Positions 41,359-52,459 of a stretch of 64,000 bases of DNA are shown here, piece after piece. The stretch comes from Eledone cirrhosa. Lineage: Eukaryota. Each line of letters starts with the position of its first letter. The stretch's first letter is position 1. The translations under genes were made by a program, and so were the position numbers. The notes under the pieces are model-generated. The model was not told the DNA's origin. It saw nothing but the letters and a program-made list of their open reading frames with translations, and did no database searches. Location: NCBI GenBank assembly GCA_964016885.1, contig OZ024740.1, forward strand, positions 197,780,001-197,844,000, written 5' to 3'.

Positions 41359-41471
41359 TTCCCATTCGTGCAGAATAAAAATTGCCATGAACGAAACAAA
41401 GATGAAAAAAAAAAAATCTATAAACATAAAAAAAAAAGAAAAACAAAAAGAAAATGATGTCCAGAATTCAA

Positions 41472-42018
41472 AGATCACGCATTTGGTTCCATATTGTTGG
41501 AACAGATTTGTAACAGACAAGCTGAACCTTTCGGATCCTTATTCATGTGGCCGCTGTTTTTATTCCACAGTTTCAATATAGAGCCTTGCTTCCTACTGGT
41601 AATATGTAGCCAATCAGGTTTCAACATTCTCTAAGCAGTACAGTATATGAAAGCCCCTGTAGCCGCATTTGCCAGCTTTTGATCGACTTTTATCAATACC
41701 ACTGCTAACATACGCAACATGACAACGCAGCGAGGCAACATTTTCCAACATTACTCAAGTAGTTTTAAAGGAGATTTAAATCCAGCTGGTTCAAAGTACT
41801 CTTCCAATTTGTTTTACTTGGTCTTCAAATTTCGCCGCTTTCTGTTGAATTTCTCTGATGTTTAGGAGAGTGGCAGTATATATAACACATTTTATTGATA
41901 GACGAACGAAAATGATGAATATCATACACTCTAGAAATTGTATTTCCTACTGACAGTTCCAAGCGATGATTTATATAATCTTCGAATACTTCAGCAACAA
42001 TCATTGAGCCACACACCT
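41472..42018 (-). pseudogene. hAT-family transposase relic, copy 2
   Basis: Near-identical to 39935-40478. Includes ORF 41825-42016. Confidence 0.6.
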
Positions 42019-42309
42019 TGCATGTACCTATAAAATTATGTATATATCCACAGTATTGGGTATGTACTGTTAACGTTTTTTATAGGTACATACATAACAT
42101 TGGTATGCACTCATAACGTCATATATATACCCATGAAATTGTGTATATACCCATATCATTGAATATGTAGCCCTAACACTGTGTATATATTTATAAAATT
42201 ATCTATGATCTTAAAACGTATATGTATTCGTAATTAGATACTAAGTTTCTTCTAAGATCGTCTAATTTACATAATTTAGCTTCCAATGCATATTTGTCTA
42301 TGTAAATAG

Positions 42310-42705
42310 ATCATAGACCATGTCTAGCTATCACTGGGAAACTATACCACTGTCTAACTATTTAAATAGGTGATAGACACTGTCTAACTATCAGTCGAGT
42401 ATTTTCCACTGTCTAACTATTTAAATAGATGATAGACAATGTCTAACTATCAGTGGGACACTATACCATTGTCTAACTATTTAAATATATAATATACACT
42501 GTTTAACTATCAGTGAGACAATATATCATTGTCTAACTATTTAAATAGATGATAGACAATGTCTATGAATGAGACACTATCTCATTGTCTAACTATTTGA
42601 ATAGACAATGTCTTTCAGTGGGTCATTACATGATTGCGTAACTATTTAAATAGATGATGTCTAAATATCAGTGGGGCACTACGTCTTGCCTAACTATTTA
42701 AATAG
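42310..42705. repeat. 59-bp minisatellite made of 30+29-bp subunits
   Basis: TGTCTAACTAT recurs at 42351, 42381, 42410 and onward, alternately followed by TTAAATAG and CAGTG. Degenerate continuation at ~43440-43740. Confidence 0.85.
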
Positions 42706-44644
42706 CAATGACACTAAGATAGTCTTAAGCACAATACGAATGCATATGAAAGCATATACAACACGTTTATATACAAAAAAACAAACAAGTATATGAGAAT
42801 CTTGCTACCAAAGAAGAATAGTTTATCCTTGTGGAAAAATTATTTTTCTCTCTTTTGCTCTGTGGCATGTCATATATATCTCAGTAGCCATTGAGAATGC
42901 CAGAGAGCTGTTTCAAGATTCGTTAATCTATCTCTCATCAGTGACAGTCACGCACCCTGTATTGAGATCTAAATAGACTAGAGCCTATATAGATTTTGCG
43001 TGATGAACATTTGCTGGAGATGCTTATTTGCAAATGGAAAATATCGGCAGCAAATTCTCATTTGAATATAATGAGAACTTGGCTGGCTATAATTACTTGG
43101 CAGTAGAATTAAGATAGCGTTAAGAATAAATGAAGTATATAAAACATATCATATATATATATACAAAGCATATGAGAACCTCGCCATCAACGTAAACAAT
43201 ATTTTTTCGCTATGAAAAAAATATTTTCCTCGCCTTTGCTCTGTGAACATGTCATAAACTGTAATCTATTTTTATCTCAGTACTAGTTGAGAAAATCTCA
43301 CTGAACTGGGTAGCCATCTCTAGGAACTACACTGCTCACCACAACCGGAGAAGTTTCTAGAAAAAGATAGCCTAAACTTGTTCATTCATCTCCGCTCTTG
43401 GACAGGAAGGGATGCCTACCAGAACGTTCCACGTAGATCACATCTATCAATGTGATACCATTTTCTAACTATTAAGTTAATGATATGCTATGACTAACAT
43501 ACTATAGAACACTTTTGATGTGTTTAACTATAAAGTAGATGATGGTCACTTAATAGAACGTTGTGGGACACTACCTTTTTGTCTATGTATTAAGTAGTTA
43601 ATAGACACAATCTAACTGCCGGTGGGACACCGGCTATGTGTAAATGTTATTTAGTCGGTACAGAGCGTGGGATACAACATCTCTGTCTACCTGTGAAGTA
43701 GTTGATAGATATTTATTAGAAATCAGAGGAAATTTACGCAAAGCTCGTCTTTCACATAAACGATATTACAATGAGACTGAAATCATTAGTCAGTGAACTA
43801 TATTTTTCAGTGAACAACAATTAGAATGATGAAACTACGTTACATATTAAGATAGAGTGAGGACGATCTTGAAGCTATATTTATGAATATTTTACCAATG
43901 TATCAATAAATGAATATTTGTTAATTCTATTCACTAGAGCATTGAATAACACAATATCCATAACTAATTTGTCTGTCAACGCAACAAAGCTGGAATTAAT
44001 GTCATTTATATTATCTTAGAAGTAACAGCTTGTATAAATTAATATTCATATTGCAGAAACAATCGCTGTCAGAGAGAATTAGCAGAAATCTGATATGAAA
44101 TATGTATATATCTGTTGTGCCTTTAGAAAAAATACTCAGTCGTTTTTCACCTTGTAAAAGAGAAATCGGATGTTTTTGAACATGCACGCATACACATACT
44201 CATATACACATATAAACATTGCATATTTAATGTAGTTTTCCAGCCGAATCAGAGCAACACAATAGACTACAAAAATGGACTTTTATATTACAAGTAGATT
44301 CCACCCGACAGGCTTTCCTACAGTTTCTCTCTGTCCAATTTCACGCACAAAGCTTGAGTTGACATGCAGCTTTGGGGAAGACATTTGCCTATATTCCGCA
44401 TAGTGTGATCGACCCCAGAATCTCAGGATTGTAAAGTAAACTTATTAATGTTAGGTTGATATATTACTAACTTAGCTAACCACAACAAACAATAAGAAAA
44501 AAATGAAGTTAGAAGGTAGTGAAAAAGAGAATATATTTATGTACAATATGAAATTCCATTGATAAAAGGTCTCGTAATTTCTTAAACTGTGCTGCGATTT
44601 CGATTGGATTATACTCCATTAAATCAACACTAGATTCAATGTTA

Positions 44645-44765
44645 AAGCACATTGCTTCGTGATAATAGTTTCTGAACTCCCGATCACAAGATTGCGGTTT
44701 CGATTCCGGCACCAGGCGGCGGGTGGCGTTCTTGAGTAAAATATTCTATTTCTCTTTGCTTTTTC
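44645..44765 (+). mobile_element. Degenerate tRNA-derived SINE head
   Basis: GATCACAAGATTGCGGTTTCGATTCC (B-box-like)...GTTCTTGAGTAAAATATTCTATTTCTCTTTGCT. Confidence 0.45.
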
Positions 44766-45789
44766 TGCTAGATTTTCGACTGGAAGATAGCATCAACAAT
44801 GGAAACAATGTTGCCTTGGTCCAATCTGACGATCAGCACCTTTACTCTTTATCAAAATGGTAATAAATTAAACCTGGCACAAGCGTGTTGAGAACAAAGT
44901 AATATAATTTACATGGAGCATTGGGAGATAAGTTGATAAATTTGTTTTAGCAAAGCCAGCATGTTACACATTAGAAATAAAAGAATGAAAACAGAAGTGA
45001 AGCAAGAAAAAAAGAGTTTACACTTACTTTATATTTGATATTTCGGGGTTAAAACTTTGTTTTGGGTTTCAAAAGAAAAAGAAAATGGAGTGTGTAAATT
45101 GTGGTGAGGTGGGCGACTTTCTCTAAAGAAAAATATAAAAATATCAACTATTGTTTTATTTTTTCTTACTTTACACTCGTTTTCGTGCCTTTGTTTTAAC
45201 TTTCATTGTACTGAACTTCCGAACACAATCTATCATAATAAAGGTGTCGTGTAATTTCTGTAAAATAGCTGCCACGCTAGAAAGAAGATTGCAAGAGTGT
45301 GAGTGTGTGTGTGAGAAAGTGAAAAAATGGAGGTGGGGTTTTTTAGTCCCACGGTGAATCAAACCTTTAGTTCCACGGTGACTTTTATGGAAAGAGAGTG
45401 TGTGTGGGTGTGTGTGTGCGAAATTTGTTAAAATACTGGACGGTTACACACACACACACAACACTCCTCCACTCCCACACTCATTACCCCCCCCCCCCTC
45501 CCCTCCAGACACCCAAATCTTTCTTATATATAGAGTCACACATCACAACACAACCTAATCTCAGTTTCACAATCCCCACCGACGACTGCGAGAAAGTTCT
45601 CCAGGAAAGTTAACCAGGAATCTTTAAAAATCTCCCCACTGAAGTTAACAAAGAACCTACTGTAAGAACCAAAAATCATTATATTATAAAATTAAATTAA
45701 AAGTGAAGTCATTCTTTTCATTTTTAAATATACCTAGAATTTCACACATTTTCCAATATATATATATATATATTAAAATAACAGATTAA

Positions 45790-45840
45790 AGTTTAAGCAC
45801 AGAATCGCTGCTTTCACCCTTAACGGGATCTTCTGAAACT
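45790..45840 (-). ncRNA. HHR-like motif family I (core CAGAAGA)
   Basis: Near-identical to 46709-46759. Confidence 0.4.
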
Positions 45841-45903
45841 ATATAAGTTGGCGGAACAAGCATGAGTTTCACTGCTAGTATCGGCTGAATCTCTCTCTCT
45901 CTC

Positions 45904-45959
<56 letters not shown>

Positions 45960-45966
<7 letters not shown>

Positions 45967-46504
45967 TTGGAGCTCTGAGATAGCAATATATATATGGATG
46001 TATATATAATGTATTTTGCCATACACTTTATGCTTAATTAAAAGCATTTTGAAGACCGTAAGCTATTGTTTTAAAGTAGTGACAAATTCACTCACTTTGA
46101 TCTCAGCAAACAGGGGAGATAAGCCGACAAGACTTGTTTCGCTTTTAATTAAGCATAAAGTGTATTGCAAAATACATTATATATACATCCATATATATAT
46201 TGCTATTTCATAGCTCCAATTCTAATTTTTAATTTCTGCCTGACCAACAACCGCTCTGCATAATCAGCTCATGATTATTTACTAGATTTCTATAAGAATA
46301 TAACATCAATGATCTCAGTAAACAGGTGGGGTAGTTGGCCTTGATAAGCTTCAACCAAAGCGAAACAAGTCTTGTCGGCTTATCTCCCCTGTTTGCTGAG
46401 AACAAAGTGAGTGAATTTGTCACTACTTTAAAACAATAGCTTACGGTCTTCAAAATGCTTTTAATTAAGCATAAAGTGTATTGCAAAATACATTATATAT
46501 ACAT

Positions 46505-46510
<6 letters not shown>
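45960..46510 (+). mobile_element. HHR element family E: inverted piece (45960-46143) plus ~1.2 tandem copies of a 316-bp unit
   Basis: GCTTTTAATTAAGCATAAAG occurs at 46141 and 46457. 45960-46143 is the reverse complement of the unit's 3' part. Flanked by (TA)n. Confidence 0.8.
46313..46401 (+). ncRNA. Type I hammerhead ribozyme, U3-A8 variant with extended stem I (family E)
   Basis: GGCC-TTGATAA-GCTT caacca AAGC-GAAACAAG t CTTGTC|GGCT. Distal stem I CTCAGTAAACAGG/CCTGTTTGCTGAG. GUC site after 46376. Confidence 0.8.
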
Positions 46511-46591
<81 letters not shown>

Positions 46592-46593
<2 letters not shown>

Positions 46594-47060
46594 GTAATAA
46601 TAATAAATTTGAAAAGACTAAAATCCAAAGAGGGCTCGATAAGGATAAATATATATCTTATAATATATAAGAATCCTACAGCAAATATTTATTAAAATAA
46701 CAGATTAAAGTTTAAGCAAAGAATCGCTGCTTTCACCCTTAACGGGATCTTCTGAAACTAAAAAAATCAATCTGTGAACGCAGAAGTAAATATTTCGAAA
46801 AACGTTGCAACCGAAGGCAAACAGGAATACGATACTTTGGTTCGTGAAGACGTTCCCTGGCAATGAACGTAAAAAAGCCAAGATAATACGTCGTTATGTG
46901 GAGCGATTAGAACAATTACACACAAAGACAAAACCACGTATATGGTATAAAGGAAGTCGTAGACTAATATTCTATTTAGGAAACCGAATGATTCTCGGCT
47001 TCAGAGTTAAGAATAATGTAAATAAATTAGTAGAACGAAAATGACAGAGGTTATTAAAAT
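46592..47060 (-). mobile_element. Family I element (HHR-like motif at 46709-46759)
   Basis: Reverse complement: AGTTT-CAGAAGA-t CCC gttaa GGG t-GAAA-GCA...TGC-TT|AAACT, then AATAAA. 3' end at (TA)n. Fold-back fragment of the same family at 50704-50812. Confidence 0.55.
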
Positions 47061-47402
47061 CAATCATAATTAAATATATACATACACGTGCATACGCGAA
47101 AACACCCGCCATGCATGCATATACATACACGTACACATAAATATAAACCCGCGCGACACCTGTACCTGCAAACATACGAACGTATACACCAAATACACAT
47201 AACAAATATATATGTGTGTATACATATAATTATATAAACATATATAAATATACACACATAAATACGTATATAACGCACGCACACACATACCTACAGGTAA
47301 ATACACATATGTTCACCAAACGTGAACCATATGTGAACCAAAACACCATGTACACATATACACATCTTACATACGTATATATATATCTGTATATATATAT
47401 AC

Positions 47403-47434
<32 letters not shown>

Positions 47435-47447
47435 GTATGTATATATA

Positions 47448-47559
<112 letters not shown>

Positions 47560-47586
47560 TGTATATATATATGTATATATATATAA

Positions 47587-47670
<84 letters not shown>

Positions 47671-47718
47671 ATGAAATGACAGGAGGCTGGATTTGTGTAA
47701 ATTCTTGAAAGGTTTATT

Positions 47719-47776
47719 ATACTATGATCATTTCAATGACCGGGTTCCGTATGAATCCGGTGATATCATCAGGTAT
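47719..47776 (-). ncRNA. Family D HHR, mirror copy in left arm
   Basis: Reverse complement of 48161-48218. Confidence 0.75.
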
Positions 47777-48160
47777 TCGAAATATAATACGTGAATGTAA
47801 TAGGTAAAATCCATGGGGCTGAAAATCGAGACCCGAGGGCGACCGCTATTCTATTCCTTCAACCTCAGCCGGTCGCCCTGGAGTGACGTGGCTAAATTTT
47901 ATAGTATGCTACTACCGGTCAGATGAACGAAAACAGAAAGGGATGGGAGCATAGGTTAACGTCGATCCGGATCGACGTTAACCTATGCTCCCATCCCTTT
48001 CTGTTTTCGTTCATCTGACCGGTAGTAGCATACTATAAAATTTAGCCACGTCACTCCAGGGCGACCGGCTGAGGTTGAAGGAATAGAATAGCGGTCGCCC
48101 TCGGGTCTCGATTTTCAGCCCCATGGATTTTACCTATTACATTCACGTATTATATTTCGA

Positions 48161-48218
48161 ATACCTGATGATATCACCGGATTCATACGGAACCCGGTCA
48201 TTGAAATGATCATAGTAT
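48161..48218 (+). ncRNA. Minimal type I hammerhead ribozyme (family D)
   Basis: ATAC-CTGATGA-tATcACCGG...CCGGTcATt-GAAA-TGATCA-TA|GTAT. Palindromic stem III ATGATCAT. AATAAA follows. Confidence 0.75.
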
Positions 48219-48426
48219 AATAAACCTTTCAAGGATTTACATAAATCCAGCCTCCTGTCATTTCATTATAATATTTAACTCCGTAATAGCACCACCAACT
48301 ACAAAAACAAAGACGGTTGAACTGCTTTACGTTGAGTACTCTCTATATTATTGTATTACGATTGACCATACGGAATAGACCAGCTCTATACAGTGGTGAA
48401 CCTCAAACCTGAATATATATATATAT

Positions 48427-48707
48427 ATATAGGAGACGTAAGATAAGAAAATTATAAAATTAACTTACTTACTAAAATATCACTTCCAACCAATTAGTTT
48501 CTGGAATGGAGTAGATACATCTTCCGAAGAAGGTGTGGAGAAACATCCCGTCATCAGGAAAGTCAATTCTCATATAATGATGACGGGATGTTTCTCTACA
48601 CCTTCTTCGGAAGATGTATCTACTCCATTCCAGAAACTAATTAGTTGGAAGTGATATTTTAGTAAGTAAGTTAATTTTATAATTTTCTTATCTTACGTCT
48701 CCTATAT
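48427..48707. mobile_element. Family K fold-back: 130-bp inverted repeats with 21-bp spacer; HHR at 48482-48563 (-)
   Basis: Reverse complement: ACTTTC-CTGATGA-cGGGATG...CATTCCa-GAAACTAATTGGTT|GGAAGT. The right arm starts at TGATGA and has palindromic stem III ACTAATTAGT. Confidence 0.8.
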
Positions 48708-48821
48708 TATTGTTCTGCAACCCCATGCATTGAACCACAATGTTATTAAGACAAAACCTATATATTTGCTAGCATCGATATGCATTTGTATGTATATATA
48801 TGTTACTAGATATAAATTCTT

Positions 48822-48876
<55 letters not shown>

Positions 48877-48888
48877 TCTGTATATATA

Positions 48889-49092
48889 CAGAATGGGTAA
48901 CCGAGATTGCACTAATGTGTATATAAATTTTGATGTGTAGACATGTAAACATGCTAGACAATACGATTAAAGGTGTTTTGTCAATATTTCAATTTACAGG
49001 GAAATTCGTATTTTCTGGCATGCTTACATGTCCACATATTAAAAATGTATATTTCTATATAAACATTGGTGTAGTCTCGGCTACCTGCTCTG
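48889..49092. mobile_element. Palindromic MITE (Tc1/mariner-like CAG...CTG ends)
   Basis: Imperfect ~85-bp inverted arms, TA|CAGAATGGGTAACCGAGA...TCTCGGCTACCTGCTCTG. Confidence 0.55.
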
Positions 49093-49232
49093 AATAATTA
49101 TAAAGATTATAATTTTATCATACACTACGGCTGCTGAATGCACTTCTTTTTCCGTCTTTAAGAGTGTTCATCCTATTTCGTAAGGTATTTTATAGAATCT
49201 CCGCGCATGAGTATATCATTCTTTACCCCCTC

Positions 49233-49730
<498 letters not shown>

Positions 49731-49744
49731 TACCAAAAACGATA

Positions 49745-50110
49745 AATGGTACACCCGGTCGACTAACTCACTCGATATGCAAATCAGGCTGCTCAGTCGT
49801 TAATATGAATAAGGAAAGTATATACTTTCAAACGTTCAATCGACTGACAGGAAGGTATACGGTGCTGATGACAGCTAATAAGCAAGAAACTAGTTCATCG
49901 TTCCTTTGTCAGTGTTGAACAAAAGGGCAACGTTGGTTGCCGAACACTGTACGGCTTAATTCGGGATGTTTGTTTACAAACAAACCGAACATTATAATAA
50001 ATGTTCGGTAAACCCATACGTACATATATATATGTGTGCCTGTATGTATGTATATACATACTACTGTACGTCTGTATACATATATGTATGTACGTATACA
50101 TACTTATACT
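49745..50110 (+). mobile_element. HHR element family H (HHR at 49859-49901)
   Basis: ACGGTG-CTGATGA-caGCT aata AGCaa-GAAACTAGTT|CATCGT. Similar to 55880-56215. Confidence 0.75.
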
Positions 50111-50553
50111 ATATATATAAAGAGAGAGAGAAATAATATGTACTATACATACAACTTTTGACAATTTTGGTGAAGAAACCAAATATTAATAATTTTAACT
50201 CAAAGGAATGGGTTACGTATCACTTAAAGATAAATAACAGTTATGGTGTCGATGCTACAGGAATAAATATCGAAATAGATTCATCTTGGGATTTGAGGTG
50301 ATAGAAACGAAGCCTCACATTTAGCATATTCAGATACAATAGATATCCTGATTTCTACGATAACACTGACAAATAAACGAAAGTTTATTAAAAAGAGGAT
50401 ACTTTCTTTTAACAGGATTAAAAAGAAAATCATTTTGTAGCATTTTATTTACAAATTGTATAGATCTGATGTGCTGGCTTTGGTATCTAGTATAAAATAG
50501 AATGATTAGTTGCTGGCATTATTCTACTGGTATTTGATAGTTATGAAGTACAT

Positions 50554-50698
<145 letters not shown>

Positions 50699-50703
50699 AT
50701 ATA

Positions 50704-50812
50704 TTTATTAAAATAACAGATTAAAGTGTAAGCAAAGAATCGCTGCTTTCACCCTTAAAATCCTTATCGAGCCCTCTTTGGATTTTAGTCTTCAAATTTA
50801 TTATTATTACTA
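50704..50812. mobile_element. Family I fold-back remnant
   Basis: 50704-50757 matches 46688-46742 in the same orientation. 50760-50812 is the reverse complement of 46592-46646. Confidence 0.7.
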
Positions 50813-50816
50813 TATA

Positions 50817-50847
<31 letters not shown>

Positions 50848-51379
50848 GAGGATTGTTTTGGAAAGATGCTAATAGCAGCTACAACTTTTTATTTATTTAT
50901 TTATGTTTATTTACTTGACATTAGTTGGTTGTTTGTTCTATCAGTGTGTGTGCCTGATTTGTTTTGTTAGTTTTGTTTTTGTGTGTGTCTGTGTCTTTAT
51001 TTTGTCCTTAATTTCTTGTTGTCATGTTGCTATTCCACTCTTGCTTTCTGTTTAATTTTGGTTGGAGTTCTTTTATGTTTGTCACCTCTGTGTGGTATGT
51101 CTGAGCATTGCATATTTTCTATGTGTGGATATAATTTTTATCTCTATGTTCTCTAATGTGCCCCTATGATCTATTTTGAAATCAAATTAAATAAAAAACA
51201 TGAGTGGAATTGCAGCATCACAACTAGTAATTATAGAAAATGAGTTTTTTTTTAATAAAAAACGAGATGTCCTACACGGGTGACAGTGTAAGGAAAAGAA
51301 ATCGAAAATGCAACTGGAGTCTTTTTAAGAATATTTACTTATTTCCTTTACCGGTTTCACAGTTCAACAGCATTGTAAT

Positions 51380-51436
51380 AAATATTGCCTCTACAAGTAA
51401 TCAAAATGTGTTTACATTTTTTGCGACACCCTGTAT
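51380..51436 (-). mobile_element. Tc1/mariner-like terminal inverted repeat fragment
   Basis: ...TTTTTTGCGACACCCTG|TA. Confidence 0.35.
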
Positions 51437-51726
51437 ATACGAGAAATCTCAGATGTGTGATATCAGAAAAACACTCTTGTGATTAACAGGTTAATCTGAT
51501 TGAAATAGGATAAAGTTATTTTTTATGCTGTTGTAGATCTGTTTTAACACTGCACACATAGATACATACACCTCACACACATACACCCTACATACATAGA
51601 GCAATGTATATATATACAGACACACAATCACACATATATTCAATATCTTTAGCACTGCTTTTCTCCTTTCACTAAATACTATAACAAAATGCCGTTGATA
51701 TGTAATTAATTTATAACATAATCGCA

Positions 51727-52020
51727 AGGCTGGCTGAGTCATTAAACACTTCGCTTCACATTCATGGAACCACGGGTACGATTCTACTGCATGACGTCTT
51801 GGACAAGTGTCTTAAACATAACCTCAGATTAACCGAAGCCTTGGGCATTAAATTGGGGAAGCCTGTCGGAAGGATTATACCTGTAATTCAAAGGTCCACC
51901 CTGTCACAAATTCTGTCACGCTTATCCGGCTTGAGGATCGCATTAAGGGTATATGTGATTGTGGAACACTCAATCATTTACTCATTAATTTGGACATTTC
52001 ATTGAGTGAGCAACAGAACT
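51727..52020 (+). mobile_element. Degenerate tRNA-derived SINE
   Basis: Similar to 2661-2795 (CTTGGACAAGTGTCTT...ATAACCTCAG...GAAGCCTTG). Confidence 0.55.
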
Positions 52021-52353
52021 TTCATCATCGAAACCGTCGGGGAAAGCCATCTAATTCATAATAGTGAGGTTGCATGTATGGACCCGTAATTCCCGGCGTA
52101 TCTAGGGCATTAAAAAATCCTGGTGGAGCCCATTTCCTCTCCAGGTTTGAATACAACAGATTTATTCCAGAGGAAGATAGAGAGTGAGAGAATGGAAATG
52201 ATAAAGTGATATTAAGGAAGAATCAACTCCAGTATTAGACTAGTACTGTTTTTTTATCGATTTCGAATGGATGCGAGTCAAGTTTTACCTGGTAAAACTT
52301 GAACCTTTAAGGTCTCATTCCTGGATATGTCAATATTTATAAAACAAAATTTG

Positions 52354-52414
52354 TATTTCATCTGATGAGAGCGTACAAAAGTTTTGGTACCCTTGAAATA
52401 TGTATAATAGAATA
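52354..52414 (+). ncRNA. Family B hammerhead ribozyme
   Basis: TATTTCAT-CTGATGA-GAGcGTAC...GTACcCTT-GAAATATGTATA|ATAGAATA. Confidence 0.7.
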
Positions 52415-52459
52415 AATATGGTTTTATAAATATAGTTTTCCATTTATTAATATCATTTA

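Larger units (their letters stand above)
47669..48268. repeat. ~600-bp spacer-less palindrome (family D head-to-head)
   Basis: Centre GATCC|GGATC at 47968/47969. Arms match by eye except ~2 mismatches near the outer ends. The right arm continues as the family D 3' end to ~48412. Confidence 0.92.

Noticed and set aside
42310-42705. Regularly spaced TGTCTAACTAT repeats as a CRISPR-like array
   Set aside because: The spacers are themselves repeated, so this is a minisatellite. Eukaryotic context and no cas genes.
44990-45760. Possible distant relative of family A (similar CA-rich part and TTTCCAATA end)
   Set aside because: Similarity is too weak to establish by eye and no HHR was found.
48889-49092. 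Long hairpin as a pre-miRNA
   Set aside because: Mismatches include both G-U and A-C types, as expected from DNA-level decay of a MITE.
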